From positions 1-59,688 of the IMG/VR virus record IMGVR_UViG_3300036399_001256: a DNA stretch of 59,688 nucleotides, one strand, 5' to 3'. Below are positions 46,301 through 52,238 of the stretch, one piece after another (positions within the stretch are counted from its first letter, which is position 1; each line of letters starts with the position of its first letter). This DNA comes from a virus. Lineage: Duplodnaviria; Caudoviricetes. A program made the position numbers and the translations under genes. The notes below the pieces were generated by a model. That model searched no databases. It saw nothing but the letters and a program-made list of their open reading frames with translations, and was not told the DNA's origin.

Positions 46301-47427
46301 ACATCCTCCGCAAAGGCGCTCGCTACACGCTGAACCCTATCAGCATGATCGACATCACGCTTCTGTTTGCTCAGAACAATTTGAAAATGGATGGTGGGCG
46401 GTTGCGCTGGTCATGGAATGGCGACAATCGAAATGCCGAGATCATCGAGCGCGTTTCCCAACAACTCCAAGGCGGTCTTCTCATGCTGATGCTGGCTGCC
46501 GCCGCCGTGGGCGAGGGTGACGACGATGACCTCGACAAGCCGTTTCTCATCACCGGCTCGCAACCCTACAACCCCCGCAAGCGCGGACTGATGGATGCTC
46601 GCGCACGGTCAGGAGTTGGTCCCTATCGGATTTCCTTCCGCCTTGGCGGGCAAGAGCGATTTGGATTCAACTATGGCCGCATCGAGCCACTTGGCACCAC
46701 ACTGGGAATCACCATCGACTCCCTCCGCATGATGCGGAATCGCAAGCCGGATGACAGCCTGTTCCTTTCGTTGCTTGGTGGCATCGTCGCGCAGACGCAG
46801 GAGAAAACTTACCTTCAAGGACTCTCGGATATGGTGCGCCTTGGCATCGACGCCGTGGGCGACGAGGAGTTCCAGGGCAACAAGCAGATTGCCCGCTTCG
46901 CCGCCGGTCGCATGGCCATGCTCATGCCGAACATCATCCGCCAGCCGGTGCGCGAGGCTGACCCGAATTTCCGGGAGCGTGCCGACGACTTCATGACGGA
47001 GTTCATGTATCAGGTGGTTCCCGCTGGCCAGAAGCCACCAAAGCGCGACCTCTATGGTGAGGCCGTTGAGAAAACCGGCACCATGGTTGGCCGCATGGTG
47101 GATTTCACCGACGCCGGCACCAGCACCGTTTCGCCCATCGATGAGGCACTCCTTCGCTTCGCCGCCTCCAATCCATCCGAGCAGTGGTTCCCGTCGGTGA
47201 TCACAAGCTCGACCTACACCGACCGCGCCACCGGGGAGCAGGTCAGCATGACCGCCGCTCAACTGGATCGTTTCCGCGAAATGACTGGACAGCGTGTCGC
47301 GGCACTGACGAAACGTGCAGCCATCAACACGAAGAATCCCACTCAGAAAGACATCGAAACCATCAAGGCCATCGTGAGCAAAGCACGCGCCGACGCCAAG
47401 AAACTCATCGCCATCAAACCAAACTGA
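31348..47427 (+). CDS. 5359-aa DarB-like large polyvalent protein (N6-MTase plus SNF2 helicase, ParB-like and kinase-like domains)
   Basis: LEPSMGIGNF and IGNWPF (MTase); AHEVGTGKT, VDEAH, TGTP, QRNGRGWRQGN (helicase); IVDGHHQW (ParB-like); DLHEENF..TDF (kinase-like). Confidence 0.88.
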   Translation: MESPFRPKPEAASPKGEAVAEGVTPSTQSGIFSAKLGTPTWRKFVANQAFAESNRGAIAAENEYTDRIARENTAARRAPAADPVESLEEKFGGDNGRLFRKIGKNVETLDPEQFADDPKVGPYARKTLFDRERRKALKDAEDLDFRLRDPSLRVNQLSPKERADAETELGMIGDSPDYAEQAAALRERIRKDDEVRKMEQEAFNAKGRAREFESADPDQWWQSKRSQPSAAVPDARAMQQAADVADDSAAREMREIESRLANGVTGTELDTAKARMAELADARKQIADARRAGDEQVASVQARAKQQVTRQSEAAVRAKIATQGGVDLSGVKPGMAEAVKTGLNNMTGGDAAYRANRLIAADGGRVNARKNLQTRLENAQNRSPNLGGSIKDGGKDINDRDRQYEISNLRETLKALDTQEKAFKESGITDPAEMDRILADASKENEWTENDSDNIRQLSTGEIAINPARVFGQRDAIIAAINASSSSKEDKESAVARLDAMRESMADKIANDTYYADSGFAKFEQAKAAAGVTDKLQILDEWSASQKDRNWVFKAGDAIKTGLATGTIGVYKTVVGGVAGGAALVGAEGVAKEMGGEQQFLADAISNIGEAGKQRGLTGGYGLTSELSQTVTQMAPMLIGGQVAAGLKGISRTVVGGMSVYGWAAAQGYESKLADAVSYAEAEKGSKLTRNEIAAVLGDGTVQTAAFLNGAQTAILAKILGGGAERAALGGKNVLGKQVSSMTVKDFVKGGGLAAAKDGTLRKELGAMAKTIFLDATDEAIEEFTNQMLDGIISVAVLGEDMKFGDLLYESAYAGGLGALVGGALPQFRKSNRPAAPNSPGSQPKVQELVATALTAEDPDAPPPTEDEVRAAESITPENSGAADIADGVLIERELAEVVAAEESALADAEQAVVDAQATGDKTLISAAEGALEKIQTTGPAAPRVRAVLKIAGGQALSDLADAEARSLGFTTEGKPLPATDLKAVGLTKPLVRAGADGSAVLLDEALSMVEKISPRARGRVKLTEAEAFAKSKERAEAANQEWDVELADGGTVRVRAADETAAEEEAAATATGRIVQGTARKTNEPNTPQNESLAPVPLPSMPEGATGTKGAQPTGGNAAGVGTSQTRPKGEVSAIDAARKRITKIKKSPALRDLIADVSSPEARAATTEAGIVINPERIVNEAMAGGMKPTQAAEYFARVLDEEVRHLAHLQSARKLWEEAGSPGVLEEWRAAHYGAIWNEDFVGTGKDKIIRDLYARDATKQKDLKKFDSLPDWQKAMEGIRMMSQGDKVTEQAKLWLNISEKLRSALQAALDALKSLIADIDSLPSLKAEITNLENALREITSTPNSGNRPAKPPQGKTGDGTRPKPGKPSAETPNDGRTESGAGGGTGVAVGDRVEFDRKGERLTGVVDLIRGDVLRVKLDAPDSENVPTRMVRADVVTVLAGAKEMKGEKIDKEWVAFSPESGSLGIPRDMMPQIKSENRGAMVNFLNARGVAHAADEVPAASLKPTQLEYSPAKVAKAKAFEGGNRSILISSDGHIVDGHHQWMAALEKGENIAVIRLNAPIRDLLPMVLEMPSTETAGGANESKPPKASNPVPEIKGEEIEFVVQPLRPGAPSETIKIPAKPQTIGRGSLVSWTDQNGTERQGRVEYVVERGDIIPGVVTKPTKFYSVNSNGASFDVSEENETLRRIEKLDEQAAAPTVKESLTVQLSEADQAALDLMSDIIPGLQTAPLPGADNYKQALPPGKIAGLISVAQKYITEGINTPEAFAERFSKLAGGQLMPFTQAFWGAFVIVDPTVNASPDWAGIYGRLDNSGAKEEGATDDNAPQSSLGGQSSQAGDRVEPGTQGSVDSITGGTLNRPNDQGQQSDDGNASDQSGDSGAVGGNASRPGSASDEAGGGSGPGSRGGTQPGNAGTGSGNAGDGSGVAGSEQPTHSPGRTGYRLTDPETILGSKGPKDRFARNRKALETYDKVFSEGRDPTSEELDALAAYIGWGSFGQELFQGSWDRPNPKNEWEKESEWLRDHLGKEGWESIRDSIINAHYTDPPHVKALWDIVQHLGFQGGRTLEPSMGIGNFFGLMPDIIRSKSSLTGIELDRVVGGMAKMLYPDANIRIMGYEKSATADNFYDLIIGNWPFAKDGPSDPRYNHLGLSLHDYFFVKALDQVRPGGLVIGITSSGTMDKKGQVARRQMAKRAELVGAFRFPTGAFKGYAGTSVVTDVLVLKKRAEQLSDAAEEDWIGTERIGEEGRSFNANLYWRNNPDHVLGEMKFGSGTTFGRAGMIVNRPDNYEALLSGITSKLPADIYSDTRPVAERKVFQNRQDGMAQNSVVFEKGDEVNPEGFYIVRGEQLQPLGNLFRWELKDDAKTAKRAEELKSLLEIREQVRALLDSQRNNSTDAESLRADALKSYQAFAKKHGGIGNSFMITALDKAGDPMALTLRNLERKEGKKYVPRDILLKDIMRRQVVDAKGNIEDAYALQRNESTALDLERIAEMSGSTTQEVTDRLLELNQIYMTPSGVWEVGEEYLGGNVRRKLREAKDAKEQGFEMDRNIAALENIQPADVAYFEIEVQMGASWIAREDYLGYVSHLLGADPANAEQNFTLVKGSSGWNFKVNNSVLGRSTNAQEKWGVSQLPFAKIFQAAMNGTQVKVWYPKDQDGRVELNEDATKIANGKIDSIREELAEWLWSDPERTGRLSNDYNEVMNSEVTPKRDGSHLRLEGLTLSLGKSEFDFREHQKNAVWRFIMDGKGVGAHEVGTGKTFTMAGLAVEGRRLGKFRKTLIFAHNANSQAVYEEFQMAYPNGKFLYINNLSPENRDASLRQIALDEWDAVIVPHSLVDRFSLSEASLMEVANKQIIALENEIAEALNDIGYEGELDLDDSKAVAQALKYVKDSYTAKELVKQRLKIVKRIKDKAAKSQADGAILFEELGVDNIIVDEAHVFKKINLATRKDIKGLNKVESGIGWQMGALTDYVKSRNGGKGVYLFTGTPLTNNLNEAFNMMRFVMDEEMADTGIDNFDDWFNSFAAAVSDVELTTGGTHEPVTRLLSFVNVPELARLAGRYFDVVLAKDMPEFKDRTSPDGMTEDPVGRPFRSIKTVISEMSPQQRVHKEEIRQQYIAYQALDGKGKRLAMQLGQPTPITMEGKGTASALDYRLVDPDAPDYSGSKVNMMIGNAVTHFNEHPESTQMIFMERGFNDYTDRMDAIRGPGGMPIYDDDGQMRRQKVRHRQFNLARDIVEKLIAQGVAPEEIAILSNMSLDTIESRPNDPLRKVLRVSAKLTKAEIASLANEGKVRFMIGGTETMGTGVNAQRNLRAMHHLDAPWTPGALEQRNGRGWRQGNRWNTVNEYRYFAEGSHDGRRWQVLLNKVRFIYRFTQMLLNAGGESNLRVLSGDGADMSEGGSSVADFEQSFSAAAGDPRLLLKAKLTADVDKLERRRDTHFRSIEKARQSIAEIKREKTSEGARLEKAGKVSDFFKETFSKPFEFELLGKTYTERKKVEEAMAALPVMSKTDDKRVIGKYNGIDLFVEWHPLRSAPEWSIRTTLADGRVHEIGLGSQSLASLEGTMRGFMRNVSNSIERFGEYDKSIASLSEMLDKPFTRQPELDGKRKSLQMIQSELAQSPFPAPSWLRNGAPAGSLVYVNGEARDVGAHRWDKTGYWLLLESEAGLVPIDYRKVKDEAGNALFEERPFESPPDAKELTEDEIRGALGGEFFLANPDDTSASGDGWQVSGLFGDIGTWRIYNSDGDILGQGDTAVEAYQDYQVRGTTEKNGLVDSPPMEGWLFNSPRYRKIEGRLIALRRLLPKAESKLERLEDMNIQRMSDEEEVAHEKSLFNARQLVKSIGQQIAKFEREKMEDAKAGDPQSLRTSPLPRLRTDSPEWKAMSKAERRAYLEARSAPESSGQRRQGNAESEYEIDANTGIRSIKANGIREWNEVAGNLARQAAGLLEGKRPVGSENGVPGPVTESLKQKLASILEHDHGAESLVRIVRGDAVYRFFPVEESGIRPLVLQWRAAPRGLILSNAAKGNAATIAERAMIANTLPGFRPEEIIAFSSEAVVTRSPEMPDEAGEAEIDRWLGEHGYPFAVFGERMAILVSVDGQKWLVDDLHEENFRIADDGKVYVTDFTAARVTDADASRIFAEQTLLDADDALLAGDLPPAQETAANIESLRIDANKRIPRPLVDEARAQQEAFGSGAVGVPRLANPGDSRRSRDEQDIVDSVYTHRAQVREDRSVIAEARRRLEEDPAGVEEKVLQSAFGGMISIDDADRVAARMLINQRAKEAGDDLAKHEENMALRMAYRLMGAEIARMLRIGRDLYQTPEERHREMIADAIYAPTLKVEKKARETDWSPERRREFIRMESKKRIAKIDAAMKKMGVTIDEVLSGEAYLSLSQDTILKNALKQRSAEEQQVIKMHQRNTPLARIKKVTGVSEARIQEIVAKMYDEMLEQAREKVRAGLTLENYRDTLKGLEAGGLPGELTPEQEAEARRIVEIGFGLKREVATKATKRWKKEAEEKPEDEDARMQATAEKWIEKFATSQSDTLAWKPKAKKNINAMTALVKLHLRKSVPDFKERAIELGATEEQADILDKEIVEERRRVAAVKAARKKKVDPLTADWSRPIFTDGLESYTFNTKDRAEIMARVGAIRGIAAATGKISTLTGKKRDEALKLLEELNGVLAKYGTNANDIFKSGTPADDYRFNIQDRYHVAAVARAISAIDADIVDKGVELIYSNILSGLQTMIVNATAIVPAVYETTVARGFESAVNALFRDPMAASLGESKYILRAVGPIIARAWTNSVATWGSELPMFDEDFLGKPADLSKLFDGTAPRIGSIGGRRGRLIRIPTRLLLATDEFNRTALASLEVGAMAYRTARAAGLKPGTKEFDRFLRIEVNTPGSYSSKLAAQKASRMIFTNPLPGQKDPVTGKKVPVEGLGDVVGFAASKINEILTADVDSIFAKASLALVRVLFLPFQRTPLNILRKGARYTLNPISMIDITLLFAQNNLKMDGGRLRWSWNGDNRNAEIIERVSQQLQGGLLMLMLAAAAVGEGDDDDLDKPFLITGSQPYNPRKRGLMDARARSGVGPYRISFRLGGQERFGFNYGRIEPLGTTLGITIDSLRMMRNRKPDDSLFLSLLGGIVAQTQEKTYLQGLSDMVRLGIDAVGDEEFQGNKQIARFAAGRMAMLMPNIIRQPVREADPNFRERADDFMTEFMYQVVPAGQKPPKRDLYGEAVEKTGTMVGRMVDFTDAGTSTVSPIDEALLRFAASNPSEQWFPSVITSSTYTDRATGEQVSMTAAQLDRFREMTGQRVAALTKRAAINTKNPTQKDIETIKAIVSKARADAKKLIAIKPN

Positions 47428-47432
47428 TCCCC

Positions 47433-49631
47433 ATGGAAGACCAAGTCGAACGAATCACAGCGCCGCAAGATGGGGAAATCATCCCCAGCGATGACGGACT
47501 CAGCCCGCGCATGCCATTCCCAACCTCCTATCGCCTCACTCGCGAACAGGAGGATGAGTTGGTCACGCATGCCATGAAGCGGCTGGAAGAGCTTGAGGCG
47601 GAAACTGGACGAAACGTCACCGCCAACGGTGAATGGTGGCGGCAGGATGGAACCACCCAACTTGACCCCGCCGAAATGGAAGGCATTCGCAAGCACGGGC
47701 GGACGTGGATGGGCAAGCGCCACCTCTACGACCTGATGGCGCAGAACGACGTCGAGCACCGCAGTTCGCTGCTTGGCGGAATCTTCGCGCATTCAAACCT
47801 CGTCGTACCGATCGCTCGCCGCATTTGCCGCCAGATGATCGCCCGCGCCGTGAATTACTTCTTTGGCACCGATCCATGGTTCGCCGTCTATCCGGTGGGG
47901 GAGATGGACAAGATCCGCGCCGAAAAGGCCGACAAGTATCTCCGGTGGAAAACCGATGGCTCGAAACTCAAAGGCACCAACGAACTCGCCGTTCAACGTT
48001 CCTTCGAGATCGGTGAGGCGGTGGTGAAATCGACCTGGCGCGAAAAAAGCCAGATCTTCAAGACCAAGGCCACGGTGCTGATCGGAAACGACGGCAACCC
48101 GATCTTAGGGCAGGACGGGGATTTTATCACCGAGCGCGACCTGTGGGTGCAGTCGATGGTTGAGGATCCAGACACCGGCGAGCCGGTCCTCGGTCCGATT
48201 GTCCTCAAGCGCGACAACGCCACCCCGGAGCCGGAGGTGAAAAACTGGCAGGAGCGTGACATCACCCGCCGCCTCGTTCACTACCGCGGCACCGAGTCGA
48301 ACGTCATCCACTACACCGATTTCCTGTGCCCGCTCGAAGCTGAGAACGTGCAGGACGCCGATTGCGTCGTTCATCTCTATGATCAACCGCTGATGGGGCT
48401 GGCAGATGAGTGGGCGAAGTCCATCCCGCCGGACGCCAGCGCCGAAGTCCGACAGGACATGACCCGCCGGTCGATCAACCTACTTCGCGAACTGGATGCG
48501 TCCCCCGGCGAGTTCCGGTCAGGCCAAAACAGCAATGCTGTGGATTCTGATTTGGAGCAGGCGAATCTATTGAATCAGCAGTCCGCCCCGCAAGTTGAGA
48601 TCGCTGAGTTCTACCTTCGATATGACTGCGATGGCGACGGCATCCTTGAGGAAATCATGCTGGTGCTGGATCGCAACACCCGCACGCCAATTTACTACGA
48701 CTACGTTGCCAACGTGACCCCCGACGGATTGCGGCCGTTCTCAGTGATCCGGTGCAACCGGGTGCCTAACCGGTGGTATGGATTCGGTGCGATGGAGATG
48801 TTTGAATCCTCGCAGCAGATCGTTGACCTGTTGGTGAACCGCTGGAATTTCGGCAACTCCCGCGCAGCGAGGATTGATTTCTGGAGTCCCCACAACACCC
48901 TCGAAGGGCGGAACAACTCGAACCTCGAAGTGAATTGGGGCGGCACCTACACCCCCGGCCCCGGCAAAAAGGCGGCGGACTGTTTGGAGTCGGTCTATCT
49001 GGAAAACAACACCGGCCCGATGCTCCGCGAGCTCACCGAGTTCTTCATGCAGCTCATGATGAATGAGAGCGGTGTGTCGAATGCGAATGATGGCAACGTC
49101 GCCGGACTCGACACTACCAAGCTCGCCACTGGAATCCGCAACATCGAGAAATCCGGGCAGGAGTTATTCTCGCTCCATATCGGTCACCTCGAACCCGGCA
49201 TCGCCAGCACGCTCAAGCGCGAGGTGGATTTGATCATGGTCCGGCTGGATGAGGGCGAAGTGTATCGCTACTTCGAGGAAGGGGAGGGCGGTGAGGGCGC
49301 GGCTGGATTTATGGCGATTGATCCCGCCGAGATTATGAACATCGAAGTCGACACCCGCATCCTGCTCACTCGCTACCGTGGCGAGCAGATGCTCGAAAGC
49401 TCTATCCGTGGGGTGGAGTTGGTGGAGAAATTCTATGGCATGTTCCCCGAGGTGCAGCAGCGCACCGCGCCGATGTTCCAGGACATGCTGAACGCCCTCC
49501 AGATCAACAACGCCCGGAGCATCATTCAGCCCATGGCAATGCTGCCCGTCGGGCCCGGTGGTATGCCAAACGCCCAGCAGACCGCGCAAGCCGCCGCTGG
49601 AAAACCAAGAACCTCACCACCTAACATCTGA
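47433..49631 (+). CDS. Portal protein (podovirus-like)
   Basis: ~732 aa; RPFSVI..P.RWYGFG.ME..Q, ESGVS..G..ATGI pattern; lies before scaffold and capsid. Confidence 0.82.
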   Translation: MEDQVERITAPQDGEIIPSDDGLSPRMPFPTSYRLTREQEDELVTHAMKRLEELEAETGRNVTANGEWWRQDGTTQLDPAEMEGIRKHGRTWMGKRHLYDLMAQNDVEHRSSLLGGIFAHSNLVVPIARRICRQMIARAVNYFFGTDPWFAVYPVGEMDKIRAEKADKYLRWKTDGSKLKGTNELAVQRSFEIGEAVVKSTWREKSQIFKTKATVLIGNDGNPILGQDGDFITERDLWVQSMVEDPDTGEPVLGPIVLKRDNATPEPEVKNWQERDITRRLVHYRGTESNVIHYTDFLCPLEAENVQDADCVVHLYDQPLMGLADEWAKSIPPDASAEVRQDMTRRSINLLRELDASPGEFRSGQNSNAVDSDLEQANLLNQQSAPQVEIAEFYLRYDCDGDGILEEIMLVLDRNTRTPIYYDYVANVTPDGLRPFSVIRCNRVPNRWYGFGAMEMFESSQQIVDLLVNRWNFGNSRAARIDFWSPHNTLEGRNNSNLEVNWGGTYTPGPGKKAADCLESVYLENNTGPMLRELTEFFMQLMMNESGVSNANDGNVAGLDTTKLATGIRNIEKSGQELFSLHIGHLEPGIASTLKREVDLIMVRLDEGEVYRYFEEGEGGEGAAGFMAIDPAEIMNIEVDTRILLTRYRGEQMLESSIRGVELVEKFYGMFPEVQQRTAPMFQDMLNALQINNARSIIQPMAMLPVGPGGMPNAQQTAQAAAGKPRTSPPNI

Positions 49632-49933
49632 TGACCGAGCAGCAACGCCAAGCCGGAGAAAACGCCACCCAGATCCTCGACGATCTGAATTTTCTGTTAG
49701 GTCGCGAGGAGTTTCAGCGGTTCTGGGATCGCCTGAGAAATCAGGCGGATGCGATGGCCGATGACGTTCTCCACAACGACGCCATCAGCAAGGACCAGCG
49801 CGAGGAAATCCGGCAGAAGCGCCTTGGCTTGTTAGAAGCATTGAAAGCCCCCAAGGAGGACATGGATTCCGCCGCCGCGCTCCTGAAAGGCATGAACGCG
49901 GACCCGGATGAGATTCGGAGGAAGCGGAATTAG
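49631..49933 (+). CDS. Small post-portal helical protein
   Basis: 100 aa directly after the portal gene. Confidence 0.7.
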   Translation: MTEQQRQAGENATQILDDLNFLLGREEFQRFWDRLRNQADAMADDVLHNDAISKDQREEIRQKRLGLLEALKAPKEDMDSAAALLKGMNADPDEIRRKRN

Positions 49934-51084
49934 ACGTTGTCGATCATCACCATGTGAGCGTTGCCCGGAGTTGCTTCCGTGCCATCAACTGTGGTCCCGC
50001 TGAATGATACATCGGTGAGGCGACCAGCCTCAAAGGTCGCGGTTATGTTTTCAGATGATCCGACGGCTGGAGTGTAGGTCCATTGGAGAGTCCCCCACCA
50101 ACCACCACCAATATCATCCAGCGACACGGTATAAGTCCGGTTCCCCTCTCCTGATCGCTCAACGAGAATCGGTGAGACGCCTTTCACCACTGGCAAAATC
50201 ACATCACGGTTGGGTGGCTCCTCTGCGTCAACGGTTCCATCCGTGCTCAGTCCATCCCTGAAATTGATGTCTTCATTCTCCTCTGGCTCTGATGCGTCTG
50301 ATTCACGGAATCGGACTTTCAGCACTTTCTTGTTTCCCTGATAGGTGAGGTCGTTTTCGTTTGCGGCGAGCGTCAATTCCCCAGCAGCGACAAACCCCTT
50401 CAATTCGAACACGCCGTCGTCCCTCAATTTTTTTGTGATTTCATCACCGCCAACTGTCTCGAACGTCGGAAGCACCGGGTAGTAGTCGATGTCCTGCCCG
50501 GGCACGCACCCATCGAAGATCATTCTCGTTCCGTCAAAGATCCCAAGGCGGATGTAGTGAGTCCCCGGTTCACCCGTGGAATCCTTCCCGAATTTCGGGT
50601 GGTAGTGCTCAGACTTCTGGTCAGCCGCAGCAACGACCAATTCGACGGCGTTTGCCTTTGGATCATCCTTCACGCCGATGGCCCCGCTGATGAGAGAGCG
50701 GATCTTCACGTAAATGGCCTGACCCGCACCAATCGCAAAACTCCGCAGTTCGGTGGTGCCTTCCTTGTAGAGATTCTTGGGTAGGTGAGGAATCACCGAG
50801 TCGGCGTTTCGATCAACCGCACGCTCCCACACATGCCCGCGAGTCACCCGCACCGACCCCGCGCCATCTGCGATGGAAAGAATGGGCATGAATGGGCGCT
50901 CGGAGCTTGGCCCCGCCCCCTCTCGCATCGCCATCACCAACAGTTGTTGATTGCCCTCACCCACCACCGGCACTTCAACCCGCATCAGTTGATACCTCGA
51001 AAGTTCCATCTCCAATGCTGCCACTCGTTGCAACACGGCGTTGATGTCGTCGCCCATTCCCGGATTGATTGGTGATCCTTCCAT
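49930..51084 (-). CDS. Hypothetical beta-rich protein inverted within the head module
   Basis: The only long ORF in this interval; on the opposite strand to its neighbours. Confidence 0.75.
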   Translation of the reverse strand: MEGSPINPGMGDDINAVLQRVAALEMELSRYQLMRVEVPVVGEGNQQLLVMAMREGAGPSSERPFMPILSIADGAGSVRVTRGHVWERAVDRNADSVIPHLPKNLYKEGTTELRSFAIGAGQAIYVKIRSLISGAIGVKDDPKANAVELVVAAADQKSEHYHPKFGKDSTGEPGTHYIRLGIFDGTRMIFDGCVPGQDIDYYPVLPTFETVGGDEITKKLRDDGVFELKGFVAAGELTLAANENDLTYQGNKKVLKVRFRESDASEPEENEDINFRDGLSTDGTVDAEEPPNRDVILPVVKGVSPILVERSGEGNRTYTVSLDDIGGGWWGTLQWTYTPAVGSSENITATFEAGRLTDVSFSGTTVDGTEATPGNAHMVMIDNV

Positions 51085-51140
51085 GCGCGTGATTGTAATT
51101 GGAACTTGACGAAACGTAAAGATTAAGAGAAGCGTAACCC

Positions 51141-52145
51141 ATGCCCAACGACGATCAGGCGCGAGCCGATGCCGAAGATGCTACCATGGTCGAAGATCCA
51201 TTGGATGCTTCGAACGCCGCTGACGAAGCGACGAACGCATACAACGAATACAACGCCGAAATTGACAACCTGCTCGATGAAGAGCCGGAATCTGAAACCA
51301 TCGAAGAGCAAGGCGACACGCCTGCCGAAGAGGTCGAAGAAGTCGAATCGGAAGAGGAATCCGTTGAGGAGCAAGAAATTTCCGAGCAAGAAGAAGAGGA
51401 AGAACCTGAACCCGAAGCCAACGCCAAGCCCGGCCGATTCCGTATCCGTACGGATGACCCCGTTGAGGCGGAAGCCCTAGAGCTAAGGAAGCGCCACCCT
51501 GATTGGAGTCTCGAAACCTGCTTGGCCAAAGCCAAGAATGTTTTAGGAGTCGAAGAAGGCGCAACGCCAGCCAAGGCCGAAGAAGCACCGGAGGAAACGG
51601 TCCAGTCCATCAACGATCAGATCAAAGCCCTGACCGCACAGAAACGCGAGAAATTCGCGGATATGGAGTTCGAGGCCGCTGGTGACCTTGATGAGCAGAT
51701 CGAAGAGTTGCGCGAGAAGCGCGAGTCTCTCCGGATCGCCGAAGTTCAGAAATCCGCCCAGCAACAACAGGAGGAATCATCCCGCTACGAGCAGGAACTC
51801 GCCAAGTCCGAAAGGCTTGCAGTTACCTACTACCCTGACACGACCGACGCAAATTCGGCCATGGTCAAGGAAATGAGCGCGATTGATGCCCGAATGAAGG
51901 CGCTTGGTGATCCCCTCTATGACAGCCCGGATAAGCCTTTCATCCTCGCCAAGCAGGCAGCGCAAAAACTCGGCATTCCCATGACCGATCCAAAGCAGAA
52001 ACCTGCCAATGGCAAAAGCGTTCGTCCAGTCCAACCCGCGCCGGGAAACCGTCGCACATCAGCCCCCGCGCCTTCCGCGCGGCTTGATGCGGATCTGGAT
52101 AACATCCAATCGCTTGAGGATTACGAAGCCTTTGTCGGCGGGTAA
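51141..52145 (+). CDS. Capsid scaffolding protein
   Basis: Very acidic N-terminus, coiled coil, directly before the capsid gene. Confidence 0.75.
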   Translation: MPNDDQARADAEDATMVEDPLDASNAADEATNAYNEYNAEIDNLLDEEPESETIEEQGDTPAEEVEEVESEEESVEEQEISEQEEEEEPEPEANAKPGRFRIRTDDPVEAEALELRKRHPDWSLETCLAKAKNVLGVEEGATPAKAEEAPEETVQSINDQIKALTAQKREKFADMEFEAAGDLDEQIEELREKRESLRIAEVQKSAQQQQEESSRYEQELAKSERLAVTYYPDTTDANSAMVKEMSAIDARMKALGDPLYDSPDKPFILAKQAAQKLGIPMTDPKQKPANGKSVRPVQPAPGNRRTSAPAPSARLDADLDNIQSLEDYEAFVGG

Positions 52146-52238
52146 TTCACGGCACGCATTAGGTCGTTAGGAAAGAAGCGGTGGTCCACACCTGCACGAA
52201 ACGTGCAGATCGCCACAACCTCTAATTCCTAACAAACC

